A stretch of DNA of 64,000 nucleotides from Eledone cirrhosa (GCA_964016885.1 OZ024747.1:66402001-66466000); one strand, 5' to 3'. Positions 1-13,285 are shown, counted from the first letter of the stretch. Numbers and translations are program-made. The notes: generated by a model not told the origin, from the letters alone.

Positions 1-1
1 T

Positions 2-1630
2 GCTAAAAATAGATCTAATTTAACTTCGGATGACATTAACATTATTACACATGCTAGACAAACACTTATTGAATTTCAGAATGAATACTGGACCAGAAAC
101 ACTTATAGTAATCTTTTTGATATTACTATGGGTTCAAGCGATTCTGCCCAAATTACTGATCTTGTGGGCCTCTTTCTCCTTTTCAACATAAATGCCTCTT
201 TTCCCCACCTCAAAGGTGGTTTATATCGTGATGACTGTCTTCTTCTTTCTAACAACCTTAGCCTTTCAGAAATCGAAAAAAACAAAAAGCATATTAGAAC
301 TTTCCTTAAAGACTATTATAATCTTAATATTACTTTTGAAAAAACAAGTAAAGTAGTAAATTTCCTAGATATAACTTTAGATTTAGCTACGGGTATATAC
401 CAACCTTACCATAAACCTAACCAAAACTTACATTACATACACTCACAATCTAATCACCCTAAATCTATCCTTAAAAACCTTGCATATAATATATCACTTA
501 GAATTTCTAACCTTTCTTCTAACCAAGATGTATTTGATAAAAATGCGACCTTTTATAATGAAGCTCTAGATAGAAGTGGCCACAAAAATAGATTAGAGTA
601 TATACCTTCTACTAAAAATACTGAAAGCATACAGCATAATATTACCAACAAACACCAAATGAAAAGTACACACCTAAATGCCACCCACAGTATACCCCAA
701 AATACTAAATCTTCTAATATAAAGTATAGTAACCCTCAAAAAACTACTCATCATACGACTATAATAAATATTAATAATAAAACTCCTAATAAAAAAGATA
801 AAACACCTAAATCTACAAATATAACTAAAAATAGTTGTGGTGAGATCATTAACATTATTCCTCCTAGTAAAAATCATGATACAACATATAAAAATAATAA
901 AAATAATAAACAACATAGAAACCGTAATAGACGAGTTACTTGGTATAATGCTCCTTTTAATTTACAAGTTAAGGATAATATTGCTAAAAAATTTTTTTAT
1001 ATCCTTGAGAAAAACTTCCCGCCAAACCACAAATACCATCAAATCTTAAATAGGTCTACAGTTAAATTCTCATACTCTACAACAAATAACATAAAACAAA
1101 ATATAAGTGCATATAATGCATATAAATGTAAGAAAACCATAAGTATACCACCAGTACATCAAATTAACAATAATATCTCCTCAAATACAGAATTAACGAA
1201 AGGATGTAACTGTAGAAACAAAACAAACTGCCCATTAAAAGGGAATTGTCTTGTTAACAACATAGTCTATAAATGTAATGTTAAAACTAAAGATTCTATT
1301 TGCTCATATATAGGAGCTACCTCTAACAATTTTAAGACAAGGTATAATACCCACAAACATAGCTTTAAAAATGCCGCACTGGCTAATACAACATCTCTAG
1401 CAGAAAAAATCAATAGTTATAAAAATAAAAATATAAAATATGATTTGACCTGGAGTGTGCTCAAAAGAGCCACCCCTTATCAAAATAATAGAAAGGAATG
1501 TAGATTATGTTCCCAAGAACTATTTGAAATAATGAAGTCTAGGGATATCTTATTAAATAAAAGACAGGAATTAATTATATCGTGTAATCATAAACTAAAA
1601 AAAACATTTAAATATTATAAACCTAATTAA
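2..1630 (+). CDS. Penelope-like element ORF (C-terminal RT + thumb + Cys-rich linker + GIY-YIG endonuclease), runs off window start
   Basis: Frame open from base 2. Motifs FDITMGS..D, GLYRDD, NFLDITLDL, YHKPN..YIH..SNHP, then CNCRNKTNCPL, IVYKC..YIG, FKTRYNTH, CRLC..E, LLNKRQE..CNH. Confidence 0.9.
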   Translation, partial: AKNRSNLTSDDINIITHARQTLIEFQNEYWTRNTYSNLFDITMGSSDSAQITDLVGLFLLFNINASFPHLKGGLYRDDCLLLSNNLSLSEIEKNKKHIRTFLKDYYNLNITFEKTSKVVNFLDITLDLATGIYQPYHKPNQNLHYIHSQSNHPKSILKNLAYNISLRISNLSSNQDVFDKNATFYNEALDRSGHKNRLEYIPSTKNTESIQHNITNKHQMKSTHLNATHSIPQNTKSSNIKYSNPQKTTHHTTIININNKTPNKKDKTPKSTNITKNSCGEIINIIPPSKNHDTTYKNNKNNKQHRNRNRRVTWYNAPFNLQVKDNIAKKFFYILEKNFPPNHKYHQILNRSTVKFSYSTTNNIKQNISAYNAYKCKKTISIPPVHQINNNISSNTELTKGCNCRNKTNCPLKGNCLVNNIVYKCNVKTKDSICSYIGATSNNFKTRYNTHKHSFKNAALANTTSLAEKINSYKNKNIKYDLTWSVLKRATPYQNNRKECRLCSQELFEIMKSRDILLNKRQELIISCNHKLKKTFKYYKPN

Positions 1631-3462
1631 TAACATTATTCTAGAATTTAATTTAATTTAAATGTTAGTTAACCTATAAATTTAATTTAATTAATATTTT
1701 ATTACAGATGAGAAAATATTATATAATCATAAATTTTGAAAAACCTTTAAATATTACTAATATATATTCAGTAATTTAATTTATAGATTAATTTTAACTT
1801 ATTTTAACCTTTTATTATAATTTTTTAATTTAGTTTAACCTTTTATTATAATTTTTTTTTTTTATTATAATTCTTTTACAGATAAAATATAACAAAATAA
1901 TATCATGTATCCTATGACGGAGAAAGAATTTTTAGTATTATTGACCTAATTAATATACATTTTGGAAATATATTTATTATTTGGTTTTAGTTTTAATCAA
2001 CCTAAAACTTTAATTTTAATTTGCTTAAAATTAGTATCCTTGTACAGACGAATTGCAGAATGTCATGTAATCATAGAATGGGAGGTGTTTTGGATATATA
2101 CCTAGTTAATATATTCTGTGCAATTTTTTGAAAAAGATATGTATATCTATATATATATGTATATGTGTGTGTTGTATGTGTATCTGTATGTATATTTATG
2201 TGACTATATATGTATGTATGTGTATATATATGTATATATATATATATATATATGTGTATGTATATGTATATGTATGTGTATGTGTATGTATATGTATATG
2301 TATGCGTATTAATTTTGATTTTTATTTGCATATAATTATATTATGCTATTGATGAAATACAATTTCTGCTTTATGTATTGTATACCTAATTAACATATAC
2401 TAATTAACGTATACTATTGAAATAAATATATAATTTTTAACTTAGTTAACATATAATTTATATGCTACTACCGATGTAATACTTTATTTTATTTTTATTT
2501 GGTTTCTTTTCCCTATTACTAAATTCATCTCCTAATATTGATACCATAACGTTATTAACTTTAATTTAGTTATAATGTAATTAATAATCTACTACTGTTT
2601 GACTTCATAATTCTGCTTCAAATATTATAAACCTAACTAATTTACACCTTGGAATTCAATATGTTGACTATCTTTGGTTTAGTTGACATATGATTAATGG
2701 TATACTTTTTTATTTTGTGATGCATAGATTTCGTATTTCATAGCACTGAAAATATGTAAGAACATACATTGAATTAAGATATGGAAAATATTATATGTTT
2801 CTTGAAACATATATTTACTTTGATCCCCTTCTCCAAACCCCCCCTTTCCCCCATACTATTATCATCTGTTTTTGTAAGTGTATATGTATGAATATATGTG
2901 TAGATGGGTGTCTATATAGTTTTTTGGTATTTATTTCTAAATATAAAAATACATATATGAGCATGTAAATATGAATGTAAGATTGAGTGTGTATATATGA
3001 TTGTACATACATATGTATGTATATATATGTATATATATGTATTATATATGTATGTGTATGTGAATGTGTGGTATGTATATGTGTATGTATATGTATATAT
3101 GTGTGTGTATGTGTATGCTTGTATATAGGAATATATATATGTGTATATATGTATATATATGTATATGCGTGTTTGTATGTATGTGTATATGGGTTCTGTA
3201 TATATTTGTATGTCTCTCTATTTATATGTTTATCTTCGTATCTATGTGATATATGTGTGTGTGTGTGCACGTATGCATATGTATGTGTTTGTGTGTGTTT
3301 GTATGTGTGTGTGTATATATATATGTATTTGCGCACACTCACATACACATATATATATATATATATATATGTGAGTGTGTATGTGTGTCTGTATGTGTGT
3401 GTGTGTGTATGTATGTGTATGTATATATGTGTGTGTATATATGTGTATGTGTGTGTATATAG

Positions 3463-3494
<32 letters not shown>

Positions 3495-3615
3495 ATATAG
3501 GTGTCTATGTGTGAATATATGTCTTTATTCGTATGTGTGTATTTATATATGTATATATTTAGGTGTATGTATGTATGTGTATGTATGTATGTATATGTAT
3601 ATGTATGTATGTATA

Positions 3616-3668
<53 letters not shown>

Positions 3669-3877
3669 CTTTATTATTATTGTAATATAACTTATGTGTA
3701 TATGTGTATAAGTGAGGTTGTGTATGTATATATACTATGTGTATATATAAGAGTAATGAAATATATATATATATATATATATGTGCATGTCTGTATTTTA
3801 TGTGTGTGTGTATATATATATGTGTATGTGTGTATATATGTATGTATATATACATATATGTGTACGTGTGTGTATGT

Positions 3878-3916
<39 letters not shown>

Positions 3917-4027
3917 TGGGTGTTTGTATGTGTTTTTATGGTGGTATGAGTGTGGGATATATATGTTTGTGTATAAGTGTATGTATGTGTATGTGTATAT
4001 ATATATGAGTCTATGTGTGTGTGTATA

Positions 4028-4070
<43 letters not shown>

Positions 4071-4840
4071 ATGTGTGTATGTGTTGCGCGTGTGTGTGTC
4101 TGTATTTATATCTTTTTATATGTGTATGTGTATGTTCGTGTAAATGTATGTGTGTGTATGACAGTATAGGTATGTGTGTATGTATGTATGTGTAGATATC
4201 TCTATGTGCGCGTACATGTATGTATGTGTATGTATATCTGTATGCGTATGTACATTATATTATATGTATTATATTTTATTGTTTTTATTTTTTTATTTTT
4301 CATAATTTATAGATACATTTATATTAGGCTGTCTGGTCTGACAATCTAATACTGACCCCTCCCCCCCCCTCCCACCTAATTTCTGTATCTTGATCTTGAA
4401 ATGTGTGTACCAGTGTTTTTATGTGAGTGACTTAATTTCTATTTGCTTATGATTTTATATCCACATATATAAATGTGAGTGGGGGAGTGTGTGTGTTTGT
4501 ATGTTCGTGGTTATGTGTATATTTATACATATACGCACATGTATGTGTGATTATACTGATATGTGTGAGTATGAAAAAAATATATTTATATGCTTGACTC
4601 CATAAGTATCATTGCGTATCTTATCAGCGCATTAAGCTTACAGAGATATTAACCTTGAAATTTTTTATTTGCATCCATCTTTTTAGTATGCACATACAAA
4701 TTATACACACATTATTGTAAAATGTGTGTAAGGTTTTTACATGTATATACACACACCAAACTGCTTTTTAACCCTTTGTGTTTTCATTGGTCAATTTTGA
4801 ACTGATATTTTGAATTGTTGTTATTATCAATAAATATACT

Positions 4841-4993
4841 TCATTATTTCTGAAGACGGCGTATATATGAGTTAGGTATGTATATTTAATCTTGATAATT
4901 TGTATAATTTTGTATAATTTTGTACATAGATCTGTTAAATATGCATACCAATTATAACACATATATACCCTAGAAACGATCGTTAAATAGTGA
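4841..4993 (+). ncRNA. Type I hammerhead ribozyme motif, long helix II
   Basis: Helix I TCATTATTT/AAATAGTGA; core CTGAAGA (4850) ... GAAAC (4973); helix II base GTATATATG/CATATATAC; palindromic helix III ACGATCGT; GUU cleavage triplet. Confidence 0.75.
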
Positions 4994-5285
4994 ACTTTTT
5001 TTGTTTAATATAAGGAATTGTTTGTTCATTATTTGTTTAATATTTTATCTTGACTCTGTATACCGTTTATCTTTCACCGAAATTGGATTTTCATTACATC
5101 TCTTCTTTCCATGATATCCGGAATACATTGAGTTCTTCATACGGATTGGACACTACCGTAAACTCTTGGTAGATTTATCTACATATATATATATATATGT
5201 ATATATATATGTATATATATGTATATATGTATGTATATATATATATGTATGTATATATATATGTATATATATATGTATATATATG

Positions 5286-5319
<34 letters not shown>

Positions 5320-5753
5320 TGTATATATATGTATATATATATATATATGCGGGGCCCAATCTACATGAAGAACTCAATGTGATCAGAATGACTTGTATTT
5401 TAATTTCACTGCCCCAACTTCTTATATTATGGAAAAAATATATGTGTCTGTATGTATATATATATATATATATTTGAAGGCCATTTCTCTGTGTGTGGGT
5501 GTATGTATGTGTATATGTGTGTGTGTGTGTATGTGTGTGCATGTGGATGTATGTATTGTGTGTGCGTGTGTGTGTATGTATGTGGGTATCTGGATGTATG
5601 CGTATGTGTATATATATATATATATATATGCGTGTGTGTGTGTGTGTGTATATATATGTGTGTGTATGTGTGTGTATATATATGTGTGTGTGTATGTTTG
5701 TATGTGTGTATGTATATATATATATATGTGTGTGTGTGTATGTATGTGTGGGG

Positions 5754-5837
<84 letters not shown>

Positions 5838-5876
5838 ATGTATGTGTGTATCTGGATGTATGTGTATGTATATATA

Positions 5877-5929
<53 letters not shown>

Positions 5930-6020
5930 ATGTGTATATATATATATGTGTGTGTGTGTATGTGTGTATGTATAAGTATGTGTGTGTGTATGTATGTGTG
6001 TATATGTATATATACACATT

Positions 6021-6630
6021 ATGTCAGGTCACCAGTTGGTGCTACTGGTAACATGTATCCCAGTATAACCTGTCTCATGGTCGGGTCGTTGGCGACTAAA
6101 CTGGCAACCCCACCAAGGTTTCTTGGTGAGGAGGGTGACTTTGGACATCCTGCAGGACTAAAAACAAAACCTGTCAAAGGGCATAGGAGCTCTTAAGAGT
6201 CAATGGCCATCCAAAATCACCGGGAGAGATGACCCCTAAGCCTTTGTCAAGGCAGAATTCTAGGAGAAGGAAAACTCTGATCTAACACCTGCAACCCTGA
6301 TGGTATCCAATGATGTTGACTTGTTCTACTTTTTGGTAAATATCATCTTGGTTAAGAGAGTGGGACTGGCTTTGTGCAGTGCCTTTGCTCACTATAAAAG
6401 CTTCACGGCACAGGCATTGCTTTATATCTGGAGATCTCTCTGCACTTGTTGTCACATGGTACCATGGGCCCAGCACTATGTGTCAGTAATTGTCACAAGT
6501 GTAGTGTTTGTACCAAAGTTTTTAAGTCGCTGGCTGGACTAAAAAGTCACACTCGTTCAGCGCATCGGTAAGGGTTCTCCTACGTGGATATAAAGTAGTG
6601 GCCGTACTCGAAAACGAGTTGGCAGCCACC

Positions 6631-6631
<1 letters not shown>
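6021..6631 (+). mobile_element. ~600-bp non-autonomous retroelement (RTE-like ends, non-coding)
   Basis: Near-identical to 58460-59036 and diverged copies at 56595-57137 and 57907-58388. 3' hairpin CTCG-AAAA-CGAG followed by a microsatellite tail. Confidence 0.7.
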
Positions 6632-6674
<43 letters not shown>

Positions 6675-7022
6675 GTATATGTATGTATGTGTGGATGAAG
6701 GTATGTGTGTATATATAGGTGTAAGTGCACTAAATCCCTTTCTATCACGCTCCACTCTCCTACCCATCACAGGAAGATATGTGTATGTATATTGCTTCCA
6801 CCTCCTCACTGACCAGCAGCTGGCGATTGCTAAATCTGACCTTTATAAAATAACCCACACCCCAAATAACTTCTCATTCACTACCAGAAAGGGACACAGC
6901 AGTCAACCTGTTGTTGCTACCAAGATGAAAACTGCTATGAAATCCCACAATGAATTTTATACTTGAATTTTCAAGTCTCAAATTTTAACTCTTCGTATTA
7001 TTAATTTTTCTTAATATTAATC

Positions 7023-7070
7023 AACATTTGAAAAGATGGCTTTTGCAGACCCATCGAAACCGGTCATTTT
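7023..7070 (+). ncRNA. Hammerhead ribozyme motif, U3:A8 core variant
   Basis: TTGAAAA-GATGG...CCATC-GAAAC-CG-GTC; helix III ACCGGT palindrome; helix I weak (AACAT/ATTTT). Confidence 0.5.
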
Positions 7071-7196
7071 TTATACCCTTTATTATTTCCTTACCTTATA
7101 AAATTATGTTTTTTCACAAAAAAGTATTCTGTCTCTTATATATTCCATGTGCCATTACCAACCTCAATTTTCTCTATATATATATGTATATATATG

Positions 7197-7227
<31 letters not shown>

Positions 7228-7400
7228 GTATATGTATATATGTATATATATGTATATGTATTTATATACATATATATATGTTTATATATATGTATATATA
7301 TATATATGTGTATATATATGTATATATATATGTATATGTATATATACATATATATGTATATATATATATGTATATATATATGTATATGTATATATATATG

Positions 7401-7439
<39 letters not shown>

Positions 7440-7629
7440 GTATATATATATGTATATGTATATATATATGTATATATATATGTATATATATATATATGTA
7501 TGTATGTATATATATATGTATGTATATATATATATATGTATATATAAATATATGTATATATATATATAAGCATATATATATGTATATATATGTATGTATA
7601 TATGTATATATATATGTATATATATAATA

Positions 7630-9485
7630 TAAGATCAAAAGATGGTTAAAGGAGTTCCATGTATTTTATTATGCGCATTTCAAAAACAAACATCATCATG
7701 CAATAATATTTGTGTTTTCATCAGATAAAACAGGAGAACATGATATGAAGGCTAAAAAACACTTGTGGATAGTGCAGTTTTAAATCAACATATGAAAAGT
7801 GGTTTTAGATTGATGTGTGATATTGGGAAAAATATTTTATTTAGAGAGGGGGGGGTGGTGGAAAGGATGAAAAGGGAAGGAGATGAGAGGGAGAGATGGG
7901 TGATAGAAAGAAAGAGATAGTTTTTATAACTGAGAGGAGATATATTGTTTTACATAGAGGTTGAAAACCGTTGGAAGATAATGTATAAATTAAAAATTTT
8001 GAAAATTAACGAAGGGAGGATATGTGCGAGGAAAAAATATTTTATTTAGGGAGGGGGGGGGGGGAAGGATTAAAAAAAGGGGGAGGAGATGAGAGTGAAG
8101 GTGGAGAGGGAGAGATGGGTGATAGAGAGAAAGAGATAGTTTTTATAACTGAGAAAAAGATATATTGTTTTAACATAGAGAGGTTGGGAACCGTTGGAAG
8201 ATAATGTATAAATTAAAAGAATTTGAAAATTAACGAAGGGAATTTATGTATGAAGATAGAGAGAAAAAATAATAATTGTGGATGAATATTCTAACGTCAA
8301 AAAAAGAAATGTATGTATTGTGGCAATTTCAAAATTAACGAAGAGAAAAATTATTAAGGTTTGTGTGTAGAAGGATTTGAGAAAAATAATGTGAAGTTAA
8401 AGTTTGTATATTGAAGGAATTGATAATATATGCAAATAAAGAGTTAATATGTATTAATAATGAGTTCGTTGATGGGGAGAAAAAAATAATAAATTAAGGA
8501 TGAAATTGAGATTAAAAGGATTTATGATAGAGAGAAAAAATAATAATGATTGCGGATGAATATTCTAACGTCAAAACAACAAATGTATATGTTATGATTT
8601 TACAAGGTGAAGATAGAATGAGGGTAATGAGTAAACAAGTATTATAGAGTGTATAATGCCCTTTAAAGTAAGGTAGATGGGTATATTTTAAAGAGGTGTA
8701 TGTATATGTGCCTTTGAGAAAAGATTCTAAATTGATAAAGAATTGAATATTAACTGTATACTTTGTGAAAAGTTCTATGGAATTTATGCAGGCAGATAGA
8801 AAACAAATCTGTGCGTCTATTTATTATAGAATCTAGGTTAGAGATAATGGTAAATTTTTCATTTAGGCAGAGATTACAGATTTTAGACAGAGAGCTGTTC
8901 AAGTATGAGGATGCAGAAGAAATCTTCTTCCAAAAGATGGTATATTTAATGTTTTTGTCTTTTAAGGACCATATGAGTTCTGAGAGAGCAGTGTTGGTTC
9001 TTTTAAGTTTGTATATGAAAGATGAATGATGATTATAGAGACGAGCTTTAAAAGAGGTGGAAGTGGAGCCAAAATAGGTGAAGGAATTGGTGCTAGTTAT
9101 AATTTTACATTCATAAATTAAGTTTTTATCGAGACAATGGTTGTTGACAGGACATTTATTTTTAATGCGGCAGTTGCAATTAGAGAGATTATTAATGAGT
9201 GATCTAGTGTTATCTATAGAAGGAATTGGATTGGAGAAGTTGTTTGCGATAGGAATAATAGGAATAATAGTTTCTTGATTTAGAGTTGGATTATGAACAT
9301 TTAGCGAAGTTGTGTTTGACGTTGTATTTGGGTTTACAGAAGTTAGCCTAGGGTTTACAATGACGTCGGGAGTACTATTACAGTTATTATGAAATTCAAT
9401 ATTGGAAGGAAGAGATTTAGTATTTAGTATTTTATTCTTGTGTTTAGAGATGATGTTGGAAATATTGGAGGATGTAGAATACGAA
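7630..9485 (-). mobile_element. 5'-truncated Penelope-like element (GIY-YIG region ~9480-8760, then 3' UTR)
   Basis: Minus-strand translation NCRIKNKCPVNNHCLDKNLIYECKI..TYFGSTSTSFKARLYNH..ALSELIWSLK..CNLCLNEK..INRRTDLFSICLH. Internal direct repeats in the UTR (7830-8000/8035-8240). Flanked by (TA)n. Confidence 0.8.
7664..7730 (-). ncRNA. Type I hammerhead ribozyme at PLE 3' end
   Basis: Minus strand: TTTTAT-CTGATGA-(helix II)-GAAA-TGCGCA-TA-ATAAAA; helix III ATGCGCAT palindrome; AUA triplet. Confidence 0.7.
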
Positions 9486-9784
9486 ATATATATGTATATA
9501 TATATGTATATATGTATATATATATATATATATGTATATATATAACAATATATTTAGAAACACACAGATACATGCGGACACACACATATACATGAATGCA
9601 TCCGCACCCAACCGTGAGTTAAGGGTGCCAACTTCACCGATGTTGCTCAATGAATGACTAGGACAGACCAATCCGGTTGAACTAGACTGAACGAGTATCA
9701 GAGTTAAAAATACATTATGAAGAGAGAAGAAACATTTAGATATAATTAGTAATAAAATGTATCATACCTAAACTGCTCCTAGAT

Positions 9785-9874
9785 TCCTCGACTACGTAGT
9801 TTCGTGGCATAAACAAAAACAATACATCACAAAGATATAGAGTCCATGCGAGGTCTGCCGACTTATCAAGATGA
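9785..9874 (-). ncRNA. Hammerhead ribozyme (unit 1), U3:A8 core
   Basis: Minus: TCATC-TTGATAA-GT(C)GGCA...TGCCAC-GAAAC-TACGTA-GTC-GAGGA; helix I has one mismatch. Confidence 0.65.
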
Positions 9875-10376
9875 TACCTCATTTTACTAGTCTCAAGAAC
9901 GCGTCTACACGACGTGAGAAAGAATCCCAAAAGGCGGAGGGGAGATAGTCACGCGATATATCGGTCGAGAAACAGAGCTAAGCCTCTCATAAACCCGAAG
10001 AAAATACCACGGAGGCGGAGGGGGTATTTATATCGAAGCCGTAGAAGAGGTGGTGAAGGAGGCGAGAAGTATGAGTAATGGAAGCTTTCCAGCAGTCCCC
10101 ACACTTCAAAGATTGCTCGACCAGAGGGAGTTATTAACAATATATTTAGAAACACACAGATACATGCGGACACACACATATACATGAACGCATCCGCACC
10201 CAACCGTGAGTTAAGGGTGCCAACTTCACCGATGTTGCTCAATGAATGACTGGGACAGACCAATCCGGTTGAACTAGACTGAACCAGTATCAGAGTTAAA
10301 AATACATTATGAAGAGAGAAGAAACATTTAGATATAATTAGTAATAAAATGTATCATACCTAAACTGCTCCTAGAT

Positions 10377-10466
10377 TCCTCGACTACGTAGTTTCGTGGC
10401 ATAAACAAAAACAATACATCACAAAGATATAGAGTCCATGCGAGGTCTGCCGACTTATCAAGATGA
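10377..10466 (-). ncRNA. Hammerhead ribozyme (unit 2), U3:A8 core
   Basis: Same as unit 1, shifted by 592 bp. Confidence 0.65.
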
Positions 10467-10968
10467 TACCTCATTTTACTAGTCTCAAGAACGCGTCTAC
10501 ACGACGTGAGAAAGAATCCCAAAAGGCGGAGGGGAGATAGTCACGCAATATATCGGTCGAGAAACAGAGCTAAGCCTCTCATAAACCCGAAGAAAATACC
10601 ACGGAGGCGGAGGGGGTATTTATATCGAAGCCGTAGAAGAGGTGGTGAAGGAGGCGAGAAGTATGAGTAATGGAAGCTTTCCAGCAGTCCCCACACTTCA
10701 AAGATTGCTCGACCAGAGGGAGTTATTAACAATATATTTAGAAACACACAGATACATGCGGACACACACATATACATGAACGCATCCGCACCCAACCGTG
10801 AGTTAAGGGTGCCAACTTCACCGATGTTGCTCAATGAATGACTGGGACAGACCAATCCGGTTGAACTAGACTGAACCAGTATCAGAGTTAAAAATACATT
10901 ATGAAGAGAGAAGAAACATTTAGATATAATTAGTAATAAAATGTATCATACCTAAACTGCTCCTAGAT

Positions 10969-11058
10969 TCCTCGACTACGTAGTTTCGTGGCATAAACAA
11001 AAACAATACATCACAAAGATATAGAGTCCATGCGAGGTCTGCCGACTTATCAAGAGGA
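10969..11058 (-). ncRNA. Hammerhead ribozyme (unit 3), U3:A8 core, perfect helix I
   Basis: Minus: TCCTC-TTGATAA...GAAAC-TACGTA-GTC-GAGGA; TCCTC/GAGGA fully paired. Confidence 0.75.
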
Positions 11059-11283
11059 TACCTCATTTTACTAGTCTCAAGAACGCGTCTACACGACATG
11101 AGAAAGAATCCCAAAAGGCGGAGGGGGTGTATATATATATATATATGTATATATATATGTATATATATATATATGTATATATATATGTATATATATATGT
11201 ATATATATATATATATATATGGATGTATATATATATGTATGTATGTATATATATATATATATGGATGTATATATATATGTATG

Positions 11284-11318
<35 letters not shown>

Positions 11319-11360
11319 GCATATATATATGTATATATATATGTATGTATGTATATATCT

Positions 11361-11800
11361 CTAAGGCGGATAAAATTCCCGAGATCCATGGACGAGTTCT
11401 CTCCAGCGGTCTCTGTCCCTCATTATCGCTGCCATATCCTGCATCTCCAACAGACCAGTGTCTGTCCTTAGGGCATCAACACATGTTAACCTTGGTCTTC
11501 CTCTTCTAGTGTGTCCATGTAGGGGCTCCCAAAGGAGCACTGAGTGCAATGTCAACTCTGGATGTCGGTGAGCATGTCCAGCCAACCTCAGTCTCCTCTG
11601 TGTCACTTTTGAGCTGACTTTTGGGATGCTCCCATACAGCTCTGAGTTTTTCATCCTCAGTGTATACTGATTAATGTTCAGAGCCATCCTCAGCATTCTC
11701 GTGTAGCACCCATCCACCATCTGAGTGAGTCTCTTGGTCAGTGTCCAAGTCTCAGACCCATACAGCAGCACAGACTCCACTACAGCAATGAAGTATATGT
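11361..11800 (-). mobile_element. RTE-clade LINE 3' fragment (post-RT region)
   Basis: [52 protein letters not shown], typical RTE C-terminus; both sides abut (TA)n. Confidence 0.85.
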
Positions 11801-11805
11801 GCTGC

Positions 11806-11901
11806 TGTATGTATATATATATGTATATATATATGTATATATATATATGTATATATATATGTATATATGTATGTATATATATATATATGTATATATGTAT
11901 G

Positions 11902-11949
<48 letters not shown>

Positions 11950-11997
11950 TATATGTATGTATATATATATATGTATATATGTATGTATATATATATG

Positions 11998-12028
<31 letters not shown>

Positions 12029-12383
12029 GTATATATATATGTATGTATATATATATGTATATATATATGTATATATATATATATATATATTATGTATATA
12101 TATATATGTATGTATATATATATGTATAAATGTATGTATATATATATGTATATATGTATGTATATATATATGTATATATATATATATACATGTATATATA
12201 TATGTATATATATATATATATATATGTATATAAGTGTATATGTATATATGTATATATATATATATATGTATATATGTATATGTATGTATATATATATATG
12301 CATATATATGTATATGTATATATATATATATGCATATATATGTATATGTATATATATGTATATGTACATATATATATATATGT

Positions 12384-12415
<32 letters not shown>

Positions 12416-12496
12416 GTATATATGTATATGTATATATATATGTATATATATATATGTATGTATATGTATATGTATATATATATATATGTATATATG

Positions 12497-12529
<33 letters not shown>

Positions 12530-12852
12530 ATATGTATATGTATATATATATGTATATATATATGTATATATATATGTATATATATATATATATATGTATA
12601 TGTATATGTATATATATATGTATATATATATGTATATATATATATGTATATATATATGTATATATATATGTATATATATATGTATATATATATGTATATA
12701 TATATGTATATATATATGTATATATATATATATATGTATATATATATGTATATATATATATATGTATATATATATGTATATATATATGTATATATATATA
12801 TATGTATATATATGTATATATATGTATAGATATATATATATGTATATATATG

Positions 12853-12883
<31 letters not shown>

Positions 12884-12968
12884 GTATATATATATATATG
12901 TATATATATGTATATATATATATATGTATATATATATATGTATATATATATATATGTATATATATATG

Positions 12969-13003
<35 letters not shown>

Positions 13004-13138
13004 GTATATATATATATGTATATGTATATATATATATATGTGTATATATGTATATATGTATATATATATATGTATATATATATGTATATACATATATGTA
13101 TATATATATGTATATATATATATATATGTGTGTATATA

Positions 13139-13185
<47 letters not shown>

Positions 13186-13207
13186 GTATATATATATGTA
13201 TATATAT

Positions 13208-13285
<78 letters not shown>

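Larger units (their letters stand above)
1..5040 (+). mobile_element. Penelope-like retroelement with ~3.4-kb microsatellite-invaded 3' UTR ending in an HHR-bearing terminus
   Basis: ORF above. Segments 1128-2950 and 4640-5040 are homologous in reverse orientation to 15230-16800 and 13505-13930, which defines the element extent. Confidence 0.75.
9543..11126 (-). repeat. 592-bp tandem repeat (~2.7 near-identical units), one HHR per unit
   Basis: Units start at 9543, 10135 and 10727, differ at only a few substitutions, and are flanked by (TA)n-type tracts. Confidence 0.95.

Noticed and set aside
5060-5400. Short diverged inverted repeat (CATTGAGTTCTTCAT/ATGAAGAACTCAATG) with ATGAAGA core-like motif
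   Set aside because: Too short and degenerate to support a ribozyme or element call.
9543-11126. Repeated 64-aa and 104-aa ORFs in the 592-bp array, or a CRISPR-like reading
   Set aside because: No recognisable motifs, non-ATG starts, and no short repeat-spacer structure; the ORFs recur only because the DNA does.
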